From: an uncultured Anaerolineales bacterium
GTDB lineage: Bacteria; Chloroflexota; Anaerolineae; Anaerolineales; UBA4823
NCBI GenBank assembly: GCA_903872065.1
Contig: CAIQJJ010000340.1
Location: 1-55,157, forward strand
Direction: 5' to 3'
Length of the DNA: 55,157 nt
Program-made: the position numbers and the translations under genes
The notes under the pieces: model-generated
Seen by the model: the letters and a program-made list of their open reading frames with translations, nothing else
Databases searched by the model: none
Told to the model about the DNA's origin: nothing
Shown: one piece after another, positions 25,997-36,091 of the stretch
Layout: each line of letters starts with the position of its first letter
Numbering within the stretch: the stretch's first letter is position 1

Positions 25997-27787
25997 ATGT
26001 TTGAATCCGAACAACAAGCCATTGAGACTCAACTGCGCGCTTTTTGCGCCCAGAACAATCTGCCCACCCCTGAACTGAGTTGGACGCCGATCCCTTTTGC
26101 GGGCAAATGGGGCATTGCCACCTCGTTGTTTCAGTTGGCGGCCAATGACGCGCGCGCTATTCAAGCGCGCACCGGGCGGGGGGTGAATGTCCCTCAACAC
26201 GCCCAGGCGATTGCGGCGCAGGCGGCGGCTTTTTTGGGGACGCCGCCGGGCTTTGCCTCGGTCGAAGCGGTGAAGGGATATTTGAATTTCTACTTTGCGC
26301 CGTTTGAATTTGCGCACCGCGTGATCGATCAGGTGTTGCAAGATGGCAAAAGGTATGGCGCGGGGGATCCCAAGGGGCAGCGCGTGATGGTGGAGTTTTC
26401 GCAGCCCAATACGCACAAAGCTTTTCACGTGGGACATTTACGTTCCGCCATCCTGGGTGATGTGTTGAGCCGGATCCTGGAGTTTGCCGGTTACAATGTT
26501 GTGCGCGCCAACTATCCGGGCGATATGGGGCTGCATGTGATCAAGTGGTTGTGGAATTACGCCGCCTATCATCGCGGCGAACGCCCGGCGACGGATGTCA
26601 CCCAATGGATGGGCGGTGTTTACGCCGAGGCTTCGCGGCGGCTTGAAGAAAATCCCGAATTGGAAGCGGAAGTGCGCGCCCTGTATGCCCGCTGGGATCG
26701 GCGCGAGCCTGAGATCGTGGCGCTTTGGGAAGAAACGCGCCAGTGGTCGCTGGACGGCTTTCATGAGATGTATGCTTTGCTCGACATCCGTTTTGATCGC
26801 TACTATTTCAACAGCCAGGCCGAACAGCCCGGCAAGCAGGTGGTAGAGCAACTGATTCAGAGCGGTATTGCTGAGGATGGCCGGCCCAATGGCGAGGCGG
26901 TGATTGTCAAGATTGACGAAAAGCTCGGTCTGACAAAAGAGAAATACCGCGTTGCAGTGATTCTGCGCTCTGACAACACCGCTTTGTATTCCACTGAAGA
27001 CCTGGCGCTGGCGATCCAGAAATTTGACGATTATCCAGACCTGGCGAAGTCTATTTATGTGGTGGATGTGCGCCAATCGCTGCATTTCCAGCAAGTCTTC
27101 AAAATTTTGGAGATCGCCGGTTATGCCCTGGCGACAAAATGCCAGCACGTGCCTTATGAAGTGGTGAATCTGCCAGGGAATGTCATCATGTCTTCGCGTG
27201 AAGGGACGGTGGTGCTGCTGGAAGATTTGATCCGCGAGGCCACTACGCGCGCCCTCGAGGTGGTGCGTCAGAAGAACCCGTCTTTGAGTGAGGAGCAAAT
27301 GCAAGCCGTGGCGCGGGCGGTGGGGATCGGGGCGATCAAGTATCCGATGTTGTCGCGTGAAAGTGGGAAGGTGGTCACTTTCGACTGGCAGACCGCCCTG
27401 GACTTTAACGGACAGGCTGCCCCTTATATTCAGTATGCCCATGTCCGCTGCAATTCCATCTTACGCAAGGCGAAAGCGGAAACGGTGGATGCCTCTCCCA
27501 CGCCGGCCGGCGAATATGCGCTGGATGCCAAAGAGATCCAGTTGATTGATTTGATCTCACGTTTTCCGGCTGAAGTTCAACGTGCGGCGGCGGAATATAA
27601 GCCTTTGCAAATTACCAACCTGGCTTATGAGCTGGCGCGGGCTTTTAATGATTTTTATGATACTTGCCCGGTGTTGAAAGCAGAGCCAATCGTGCGCGCC
27701 AACCGCCTGTTGTTGGTGGCGGCCGCTCGCCAGGCAATTGCCAATGGATTGAATCTATTGGGGATTCAGTCGCCAGAAGTAATGTGA
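25997..27787 (+). CDS. argS: Arginine--tRNA ligase
   Basis: Class I motifs SQPNTHKAFHVGHLRS (HIGH) and MSSREG (KMSKS variant). The C-terminal anticodon-binding (DALR) region and the length fit ArgS. Confidence 0.9.
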   Translation: MFESEQQAIETQLRAFCAQNNLPTPELSWTPIPFAGKWGIATSLFQLAANDARAIQARTGRGVNVPQHAQAIAAQAAAFLGTPPGFASVEAVKGYLNFYFAPFEFAHRVIDQVLQDGKRYGAGDPKGQRVMVEFSQPNTHKAFHVGHLRSAILGDVLSRILEFAGYNVVRANYPGDMGLHVIKWLWNYAAYHRGERPATDVTQWMGGVYAEASRRLEENPELEAEVRALYARWDRREPEIVALWEETRQWSLDGFHEMYALLDIRFDRYYFNSQAEQPGKQVVEQLIQSGIAEDGRPNGEAVIVKIDEKLGLTKEKYRVAVILRSDNTALYSTEDLALAIQKFDDYPDLAKSIYVVDVRQSLHFQQVFKILEIAGYALATKCQHVPYEVVNLPGNVIMSSREGTVVLLEDLIREATTRALEVVRQKNPSLSEEQMQAVARAVGIGAIKYPMLSRESGKVVTFDWQTALDFNGQAAPYIQYAHVRCNSILRKAKAETVDASPTPAGEYALDAKEIQLIDLISRFPAEVQRAAAEYKPLQITNLAYELARAFNDFYDTCPVLKAEPIVRANRLLLVAAARQAIANGLNLLGIQSPEVM

Positions 27788-27806
27788 TTTTAACCAGGAG
27801 CGTTCT

Positions 27807-29123
<1,317 letters not shown>

Positions 29124-29182
29124 GAATTGGTCGCGCGGGACAGGACGCGAGACGTTGTTTCGCCCTCTCAAGCTCAAATTCA

Positions 29183-30445
29183 TTGCACAGTATGCCTGTC
29201 CTTTCCTGGTTATCCAAATCGCTTGTTTTTCCAGAACCCGCTCCGCTGATCACGGATAGTATTGTCTATCCGGCTGGAGCGGGTTATGTTTCTGCTGTAC
29301 AGCCTTTACCGGCCACGGCCGGCAGCTTGTTTTTGGGGGATAACCTGGCAGTGATGATGGCGCTTTTGCCTGAGTATGAAGGGAAGATCAATTTGATCTA
29401 CGCTGACCCGCCGTTTTTTACCAACCGGCGCTTTGCGGCGCGGGTGGGACGCGGCGAAGATTCGCGCAAGCCGCACGAATGGCAGTTGGCTGATGGGTAT
29501 ACAGATCATTGGGAGGATATTGAGGCGTATCTCGATTTTTTGTATCCGCGTTTGAAGATCATGCATCGTTTGTTGGCGGAGACCGGCGCCCTCTATCTGC
29601 ATCTGGACTGGCACGCCGATGCCTATGCTCGCCTCTTGTTGGATGAAATTTTTGGCCCGGCGCGCTTGTTAAACGAGATCATTTGGTGTTATCACGGGCC
29701 ATCTCCGATCCGCAGCGCGTTCAACCGAAAGCATGATACGATCCTGGTCTATACCAAAAGCGAAGAATACACTTTCAACGTAGATGATGTGCGCATTCCG
29801 TATGATATCAACACGGTTAAGACCTTTGCCGCTTCGCCTAAGGCTGGCTTTGGCAAGACTCCGGATCTGGAAAGAGGGAAAGTTCCCGAAGATTGGTGGT
29901 ATTTCCCCGTCGTTGCCCGGCTTCACAAGGAGCGGACCGGCTACCCCACACAAAAGCCTGAGGCATTGTTAGAGCGAATTGTGCGGGCTTCTTCCAATGT
30001 GGGCGATTGGGTGGCGGATTTTTTCTGCGGTTCAGGCACCGCGCCTCTGGTTGCCAGCCGCCTGGGACGGCGCTTCATTGGCTGCGATCGAATATTTCGC
30101 GCGGTGCACACGGCGCGGGCGCGCCTGGTGCAGCAAGGTGGAACGACGCCTTTTCTTATCCAGCAGGCGCAGTCGCCAGGGACGCCGTCCGCTTTCTCTG
30201 AAGCGCCCCGTTTTCTTCTGGGGCAAGATGTTGTCCGGTTGGCGTCAGATACAACAACCCTCGATTATTGGGAAGTTGACCCGGCCTGGGATGGTAAAAT
30301 ATTTCGCAGTGCAGCGCAGGCAGCGCGCCCCTTGAACAGCCAGCCGATCGCCAGTGAGGTGCGATTGCCGGCCAATTCTGAAATTTCCTCGGTTTGTATC
30401 CGCTGCGTCACTGTGGCTGGCGAGCAGATGCAGGTGACGCTTTAA
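29183..30445 (+). CDS. Beta-class (N6-adenine or N4-cytosine) DNA methyltransferase with an unassigned C-terminal extension of about 120 aa
   Basis: Motif IV IYADPPF comes before motif I DFFCGSGT, which is the beta-group order. TQKPEALLERIV is typical of PF01555 enzymes. No endonuclease gene is adjacent. Confidence 0.85.
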   Translation: MHSMPVLSWLSKSLVFPEPAPLITDSIVYPAGAGYVSAVQPLPATAGSLFLGDNLAVMMALLPEYEGKINLIYADPPFFTNRRFAARVGRGEDSRKPHEWQLADGYTDHWEDIEAYLDFLYPRLKIMHRLLAETGALYLHLDWHADAYARLLLDEIFGPARLLNEIIWCYHGPSPIRSAFNRKHDTILVYTKSEEYTFNVDDVRIPYDINTVKTFAASPKAGFGKTPDLERGKVPEDWWYFPVVARLHKERTGYPTQKPEALLERIVRASSNVGDWVADFFCGSGTAPLVASRLGRRFIGCDRIFRAVHTARARLVQQGGTTPFLIQQAQSPGTPSAFSEAPRFLLGQDVVRLASDTTTLDYWEVDPAWDGKIFRSAAQAARPLNSQPIASEVRLPANSEISSVCIRCVTVAGEQMQVTL

Positions 30446-30522
30446 CAAAAACAGGAGAGGCAGGTTGTAAATTCCATGTTTCTCTTATCCTTGCGATTTT
30501 CATTTGAATGATGTGAGGTTAT

Positions 30523-32445
30523 ATGAAAATTTTTGTCCCTGGACGCATTTGTCTGTTTGGTGAACATTCGGATTGGGCTGGTGGATACCGCCGGATCAAT
30601 GCCAATATTGGCAAAGGGTATACCTTGATTACGGGGACGGATCAAGGCATTTATGCCAATGTATCGCCCCATCCCACATCGCTGATTATCACTTCTACCA
30701 CCCCAGATGGCACACGGCATGGCCCGTATGAAATTCCGATGGAGCCAAAAGTGTTGATGGAAGAGGCGCAAAAGGGCGGTTTTTGGAGTTATGTCGCCGG
30801 GGTGGCTTACCAGGCTCTGACCAATTATCAGGTGCGCGGGTTGGTGATTGATAATTACAAGACTGATTTGCCGGTGAAGAAAGGTTTGTCCTCTTCGGCG
30901 GCTATCTGTGTGCTGACGGCGCGCGCTTTTAGCCGTGTGTACGATCTGAAGTTGACGGTGCGCGGCGAGATGGAACTTGCTTACCAGGGTGAGATCACCA
31001 CTCCCTCGCGCTGCGGCCGCATGGATCAAGGCTGCGCTTTTGGCAACCGTCCGGTTCTGATGACTTTCGATGGCGACCGCCTGGAAACAACCGAGCTTCA
31101 GGTGAGGGATCCTCTATATTTTGTCATCGTGGATTTGCAAGCCAAGAAAAACACGATGGAGATCTTGAACCACCTCAATCGCTGCTACCCCGTGGCGGAA
31201 AATGAGATGGAAAGAGGGGTGCAGGAATTGTTGGGCCCAATCAATAAGCGAATTGTCTACCAGGCGATGGAATCCCTGGGGAGTTGTAACGCGCAGCGGT
31301 TGGGCGAATTGATGACCGAGGCGCAGATGTTTTTCGATCGCTATGCCATGCCGGCCTGTCCCCAAGAATTGACCTCGCCGGTGCTGCATCGCTTACTGGA
31401 CTATGCGCCGCTCAAGCCCCATATTTGGGGAGGCAAGGGCGTTGGGTCGCAGGGCGATGGAACCGGGCAGTTTATCTGCCGTTCGGCGGATGATCAGCAA
31501 GCGGTGATTGAGATTTTGCAGCGCGATTTGGGCATGCCTGGGTATAAACTCACGCTGACCCCACAGCAAAAAGTGCGCAAGGCAGTGATTCCCGCCGCCG
31601 GGTTTGGCACGCGCCTCTTCCCCGCCTCAAAAGCGACCAAGAAAGAACTCTTTCCGATTGTGGATCGGGATGGGATTGCCAAGCCAGCCATTCTGATGAT
31701 TGTGGAAGAGGCGGTTGAAGCGGGGATTGAAGAAGTGATCATCATTGTCCAGGAAAATGATCTCGACGAATTTCGCGATTTTTTCACCAAGCAAATTTCT
31801 ATCGAAAATTACAATAAATTGCCGCGCCAATTCCAAGAGTATTCGCGGCGCATTTTGGATATTGGCCGCCGCGTGAAGTTCGCGATTCAAACCGCCCAGG
31901 AGGGCTTTGGCCATGCGGTTTATTCAGCGTTCGAATTGGTAGGCAATGAGCCGTTTTTGTTGATGCTGGGCGATCACGTTTACCGCTCGAATCAGGAGAC
32001 CTCCTGCGCCCGGCAGTTGATTGAAGCGTATCAGCAGCATGGCAGCAGTATTTTGGGCGTGCGGCGCACCCCGGAAAGCCAGATCGGCAATTTTGGCACG
32101 ATTACCGGGGTCTGGTTGGAAAATGGGAAATTGTTGAATATTACTGAGTTTGCCGAAAAGCCCAACCTGGACTACGCGCGGACAAATTTGCGTGTGGCCG
32201 GCTTGCCAGAAGGCGAGTATCTGACCGTATTTGGGCAATATATTATCCAGCCTCGCTTGTTCGATTATTTGCGCGAGAATATTGAGAACAATGTGCGCGA
32301 GCGCGGCGAATTTCAGCTTACTTCGGCTTTGGATCGCTTACGTCAGGAAGAAGGTTTTCAGGGTTTGATGATTGATGGCAAGCGTTATGATATTGGCATC
32401 CCTCAATATTACCTTGAGACGCTGCAAGGATTTAAAGAAGGTTAG
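30523..32445 (+). CDS. Fusion protein: N-terminal GHMP sugar-1-kinase and C-terminal sugar-1-phosphate nucleotidyltransferase (GalU-like)
   Basis: GHMP motifs PGRICLFGEHSDW, KKGLSSSAAICV and GGKGVGSQGDGTG. From about nt 31560 onward, KAVIPAAGFGTRLFPASKATKKELFPIVD marks a nucleotidyltransferase fold. Confidence 0.8.
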   Translation: MKIFVPGRICLFGEHSDWAGGYRRINANIGKGYTLITGTDQGIYANVSPHPTSLIITSTTPDGTRHGPYEIPMEPKVLMEEAQKGGFWSYVAGVAYQALTNYQVRGLVIDNYKTDLPVKKGLSSSAAICVLTARAFSRVYDLKLTVRGEMELAYQGEITTPSRCGRMDQGCAFGNRPVLMTFDGDRLETTELQVRDPLYFVIVDLQAKKNTMEILNHLNRCYPVAENEMERGVQELLGPINKRIVYQAMESLGSCNAQRLGELMTEAQMFFDRYAMPACPQELTSPVLHRLLDYAPLKPHIWGGKGVGSQGDGTGQFICRSADDQQAVIEILQRDLGMPGYKLTLTPQQKVRKAVIPAAGFGTRLFPASKATKKELFPIVDRDGIAKPAILMIVEEAVEAGIEEVIIIVQENDLDEFRDFFTKQISIENYNKLPRQFQEYSRRILDIGRRVKFAIQTAQEGFGHAVYSAFELVGNEPFLLMLGDHVYRSNQETSCARQLIEAYQQHGSSILGVRRTPESQIGNFGTITGVWLENGKLLNITEFAEKPNLDYARTNLRVAGLPEGEYLTVFGQYIIQPRLFDYLRENIENNVRERGEFQLTSALDRLRQEEGFQGLMIDGKRYDIGIPQYYLETLQGFKEG

Positions 32446-33140
32446 GGATGCGGGGGCGGCTGGGGATCGTCTGGCGCAGCCTCTTCGGTGTCCAGGCGAT
32501 AACCCACCCCCCGGATGGTTTTCAAAAACTGCGGCGCGCGCACATTTTCTTCGATGGCTTCACGCAGCCAACTGATATGCACGTCCAATGTGCGCGTGTC
32601 GCCGGTATATTCGGTCTGCCAGGTTTCGCAAAATAGTTTTTTGCGTTCAATGACTTCGCCAGTGTGCTGCATCAGGTATTTTAGCAGCAAGGCCAGGCGA
32701 GGAGTTAACTGCGCCTCGCGCCCCTGGCAATGCACCCGCCTCTTTTCCATGTCCAAATGAATTGGGCCGGCATGGAAGATCATTTTGCTATCTCCTGGCA
32801 GCAGGGGAAAAATGGTGTTATCCAGTTTGCGGGAGGTAAACGGCAGTTTGAGGACGGCGTTCGCGCACACATCCTCGGCCACATTTTGCTCTGCTCTGAG
32901 AATCAAAACGATGGGAAGATTGCTTTGCCGGGCGCGTAAGTCGCAGCAGATTCTCTTGCCGCTGGTGCGCATGGATGAAGCGTTGACGACGACCAGATCT
33001 GGGGCGATTTCGTCAAAACGCGCCAAAGCTGCGCTGCCCGTGGAGACCACCTCAATGGTGAGATCCTTTTTGCGCAGCGCGGGGACAAAAGACGGGCCAT
33101 CAGCCCGTTTGCCTTCAATCCAGATCAGTTTTGCTTTCAT
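32442..33140 (-). CDS. OmpR/PhoB-family winged-helix regulator with a degenerate receiver lacking the phospho-acceptor Asp
   Basis: The C-terminal trans_reg_C region is LTPRLALLLKYLMQH ... LDVHISWLREAIE ... IRGVGYRL. The receiver has EG in place of DD and DLVVVNASSM in place of DLxxxD (Asn codon at 32982-32984). The conserved Lys (LKLPF) is retained. Confidence 0.8.
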   Translation of the reverse strand: MKAKLIWIEGKRADGPSFVPALRKKDLTIEVVSTGSAALARFDEIAPDLVVVNASSMRTSGKRICCDLRARQSNLPIVLILRAEQNVAEDVCANAVLKLPFTSRKLDNTIFPLLPGDSKMIFHAGPIHLDMEKRRVHCQGREAQLTPRLALLLKYLMQHTGEVIERKKLFCETWQTEYTGDTRTLDVHISWLREAIEENVRAPQFLKTIRGVGYRLDTEEAAPDDPQPPPHP

Positions 33141-33260
33141 GGTGTGTGTTTAGGAGAACTGCGTCATTATACCGTAAATCTTAAAAGAATGAGAATATCA
33201 TTTTTACGTCGAATCTTTTAACATTCGAAACCCAATTTGCATCCGGTGTCATGTATAGCG

Positions 33261-33289
33261 TTGCAACTCTTTCGCCCCCATGTTACAAT
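33261..33289 (+). promoter_or_regulatory. Candidate sigma70 promoter with extended -10 for the DUF151 nuclease gene
   Basis: TTGCAA (33261-33266), 17-nt spacer, TGT-TACAAT (33281-33289). Confidence 0.5.
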
Positions 33290-33323
33290 CGCAAGCAGTG
33301 AGAACCCATTCTGGAGGCCTCCC

Positions 33324-33878
33324 ATGTCTGAAATGGTTGAAGTTGTGATTGATAGTATCCGTGTGAGTTTAATGTCGCAGCAGCGGATCGTAATTTTGCG
33401 TGAGGTAAATGCAGAGCGCTATTTAGCGATCTGGATCGGTATTTTTGAAGCCGAAGCAATTAACCTGGCTTTGCAAGAAGTCGAAATCGCCCGTCCACTT
33501 ACCTGGGATTTGTTGAAAAACGTGATCAGTGAACTTGGCGGCCGGGTGCAGCGAGTTGAGGTGGTTGCTTTGCGTGATGATACTTTCTACGGCAATATTG
33601 TGGTGCAGGTGAACGGCCGGCTGGTGAATATTGATTCGCGTCCTTCTGACGCCCTGGCTTTGGCAGTGCGCGCCAATGCGCCGATTTGGGTAGCGCGTGA
33701 GATTATGAGGACGGCTGGGATTACCCCTGAAGAAGATTTGCAAAAACGCTCTTCTCAGCCTCCGGCGGCGTCCCCTGAAGCGCCCAAAGAAGAAGCCGGC
33801 GAGGAAAATATTTCGGCTTTCGAAGATTTCTTTAATAATCTGAATTTGGGCGATACAGGAGAAAGCGACTCTCCGTAG
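33324..33878 (+). CDS. Bifunctional nuclease family protein (DUF151/BFN domain) with an acidic tail
   Basis: VILREVNAERYLAIWIGIFEAEAI ... RPLTWDLL ... FYGNIVV ... IDSRPSDALALAVRANAPIWV. ATG 33324 has GGAGG at 33313-33317. Confidence 0.8.
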   Translation: MSEMVEVVIDSIRVSLMSQQRIVILREVNAERYLAIWIGIFEAEAINLALQEVEIARPLTWDLLKNVISELGGRVQRVEVVALRDDTFYGNIVVQVNGRLVNIDSRPSDALALAVRANAPIWVAREIMRTAGITPEEDLQKRSSQPPAASPEAPKEEAGEENISAFEDFFNNLNLGDTGESDSP

Positions 33879-33998
33879 CCATGCGATCCTGTCTTTTAGG
33901 GTCGCGCGTCCCTTCTGACGCGTTCAGCAGCCGATTCATTATTATTTTCAGACCCCAGGGTTGCGTGAACCCCTGGGGTTTGGTGTCCCTGTAGACCG

Positions 33999-35375
33999 AT
34001 GAGCGATTCCCCTCCTACTGAATTTTCTGTCGCGACTCAGGTTGTGCCGCACAGCCGTGAGGCTGAAGAGGCCGTGATCGGCGCGGTGTTGATCAATCCT
34101 GAAGCGTATTACGATGTCGCCCAATTCCTCAAGGCGGACGATTTTTACATCCATCGCCATCGCTGGATTTGGGAGACGTTTACCCGCCTGCACGAGCGGC
34201 GCGTGCCGATTGATTTCCTGACGGTGACTGAGGAGTTGGATCAGCAAGGCCGCCTGGCTGAGGTGGGAGGCCCGGCTTATCTGACCGCGCTTACCAGCAA
34301 TGTCCCCACCTCGCTGCATGCTGAGGCATACGGCCGGTTGGTTGAGCAGACCTCGATTCGCCGCAAAATGTTGGATGCCGCTAATCAGATTGCCAAGCTG
34401 GCTTATCAGGAGTCGACGACGGTTGAGACGGTGATGGATGACGCGGAGAAGGCGGTTTTCAGCGTCAGTGAGCGGCGCATGACGCGCGACCTGATGCCCA
34501 TTCAACAGGTTTTGAGCGACTATTATGATCGCATTGATCAGCTTTCTAAGCGTAGTGATGAGGTCATGGGCGTGCCGACCGGTTTCATTGACCTGGATCG
34601 CTTGCTGGGCGGCTTGCAGCAGTCTGACCTGTTGATCGTCGCTGGCCGGCCTGGCATGGGCAAGACTGCTTTTATGCTGTCCATTGCGAAAAACGCGGCT
34701 CAAATTCACAAAAAACACATCGCTATTTTTTCGTTGGAAATGTCAAATGAGCAGCTTGTCCAACGGATGGTGGCGCAAGAGACAGGCATTGACAGCCACC
34801 GTCTGCGCACCGGGAAACTGAACGAAGATGAGTGGCCGCTTTTTACCCATGCGGTTGAGGTCTTGAGCGATACCAAAATCTTTCTGGATGATACGCCCAG
34901 CCTGACCCCTCTGCAACTGCGCACCAAATGCCGTCGCCTGCATCTGGAATACCGCCTTGACCTGGTGATTTTGGATTACATCCAGTTGATGAGCAGCGGG
35001 ACTTCGCGCAGTGAGAATCGCGTCCAGGAGGTCTCTTACATCTCGCGCAACTTGAAAATCCTGGCGCGCGAGTTAAATGTGCCGGTGTTGGCGGCGGCCC
35101 AACTGTCGCGCGCCATTGAGCAGCGCGCGGATAAAGACCCGCAGCTCTCCGATTTGCGCGAATCCGGCTCGCTGGAGCAAGACGCCGACATTGTCATGTT
35201 CATCCACCGCCCTGAGATGTATGAAAAAGATACCCTCAAGCAAAACCTGGCGCAGATCAAGGTCGCCAAACACCGCAATGGGCCGGTCGGGATGGTCGAA
35301 TTGGTCTTCCTCAGCCATTTGACGCGTTTTGAGAACGCGGCCACCAAATCGGTTGATTTAGGGCAAATCAGGTAA
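33999..35375 (+). CDS. dnaB: Replicative DNA helicase DnaB
   Basis: N-terminal domain PHSREAEEAVIGAVL, Walker A GRPGMGKTAF, FSLEMS, and the RecA-like C-terminus with LRESGSLEQDAD. There is no intein. Confidence 0.95.
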   Translation: MSDSPPTEFSVATQVVPHSREAEEAVIGAVLINPEAYYDVAQFLKADDFYIHRHRWIWETFTRLHERRVPIDFLTVTEELDQQGRLAEVGGPAYLTALTSNVPTSLHAEAYGRLVEQTSIRRKMLDAANQIAKLAYQESTTVETVMDDAEKAVFSVSERRMTRDLMPIQQVLSDYYDRIDQLSKRSDEVMGVPTGFIDLDRLLGGLQQSDLLIVAGRPGMGKTAFMLSIAKNAAQIHKKHIAIFSLEMSNEQLVQRMVAQETGIDSHRLRTGKLNEDEWPLFTHAVEVLSDTKIFLDDTPSLTPLQLRTKCRRLHLEYRLDLVILDYIQLMSSGTSRSENRVQEVSYISRNLKILARELNVPVLAAAQLSRAIEQRADKDPQLSDLRESGSLEQDADIVMFIHRPEMYEKDTLKQNLAQIKVAKHRNGPVGMVELVFLSHLTRFENAATKSVDLGQIR

Positions 35376-35383
35376 CAGAGGCT

Positions 35384-36091
35384 ATGCCAACTTTTCAGGG
35401 TTTTTCAGCGGCCAAGGTGCGCCTGACGCCAGTTCCAGCCCCATTTTTTAGCGAACTGCTGCCTGAGATCGATCACCTGGGCGAGCTCAAGATAACTTTA
35501 TATGTCTTTTGGCGGCTGGATCAGATGGAGGGGGACTTTCGCGTGTTGAAAGAATCGGATTTCCGCGCCGATGCTTTGCTGATGCGCGGCCTGGCGGCGA
35601 ATGCGCGCGAGGCCGAGGCGCGCCTGGCTGAGGCCTTAGAGCGCGCCGTGATCCGCGGGACGTTATTAAAAGCGACGTTGGAAGGGGAAGCGCCGGAGAC
35701 TCTGTATTTTCTTAATTCACCGAAGGGGCGGGCGGCGCTGGAAGCCGTTCAGCGTGGCAAATGGCGACCGTCGGATGATCTGCAAACGCCGCTTGAACTC
35801 AACCTCGACCGCCCCAACATTTTCCGCCTCTATGAGCAAAATATTGGCCCGCTGACGCCGATTTTGGCGGATATGCTGCGCGAGGCGGAAAAAATCTATC
35901 CGCAGGAATGGATTGAGGATGCCGTTCGCCTGGCGGTGGAGAATAATAAACGCAGTTGGCGCTATGTAGATGCAATTTTGCGCCGCTGGCAGGAGCAAGG
36001 ACGTGACGAAAAGCAAACCCGCACCGTTAATCGAAGAGACACTGAGAAAGATCGCCGCCGCAGCTACGCCGACTGGGAAACCCCTGACTGA
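35384..36091 (+). CDS. DnaD-domain replication protein
   Basis: The C-terminal DnaB_2/DnaD repeat is IFRLYEQNIGPLTP ... WIEDAVRLAVENNKRSWRYVDAILRRW. Start is 9 nt after the dnaB stop. Confidence 0.75.
   Translation: MPTFQGFSAAKVRLTPVPAPFFSELLPEIDHLGELKITLYVFWRLDQMEGDFRVLKESDFRADALLMRGLAANAREAEARLAEALERAVIRGTLLKATLEGEAPETLYFLNSPKGRAALEAVQRGKWRPSDDLQTPLELNLDRPNIFRLYEQNIGPLTPILADMLREAEKIYPQEWIEDAVRLAVENNKRSWRYVDAILRRWQEQGRDEKQTRTVNRRDTEKDRRRSYADWETPD

Noticed and set aside
26438-27442. A 334-aa ORF on the minus strand inside argS
   Set aside because: It lies entirely antisense to a gene with clear ArgS motifs. Its translation is Arg/His/Gln/Leu-rich low-information sequence, typical of stop-poor antisense frames in GC-rich DNA.
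33948-34718. Long antisense ORFs: this one inside dnaB, plus 45174..45998 in mutS2, 49312..50079 in dus, 53611..54492 in the hydrolase, 41279..41986 in the M23 gene, and 54173..54655 and 54496..54909 at the window end
   Set aside because: All overlap sense-strand genes that have strong family motifs or better coding character. They are expected in GC-rich sequence.
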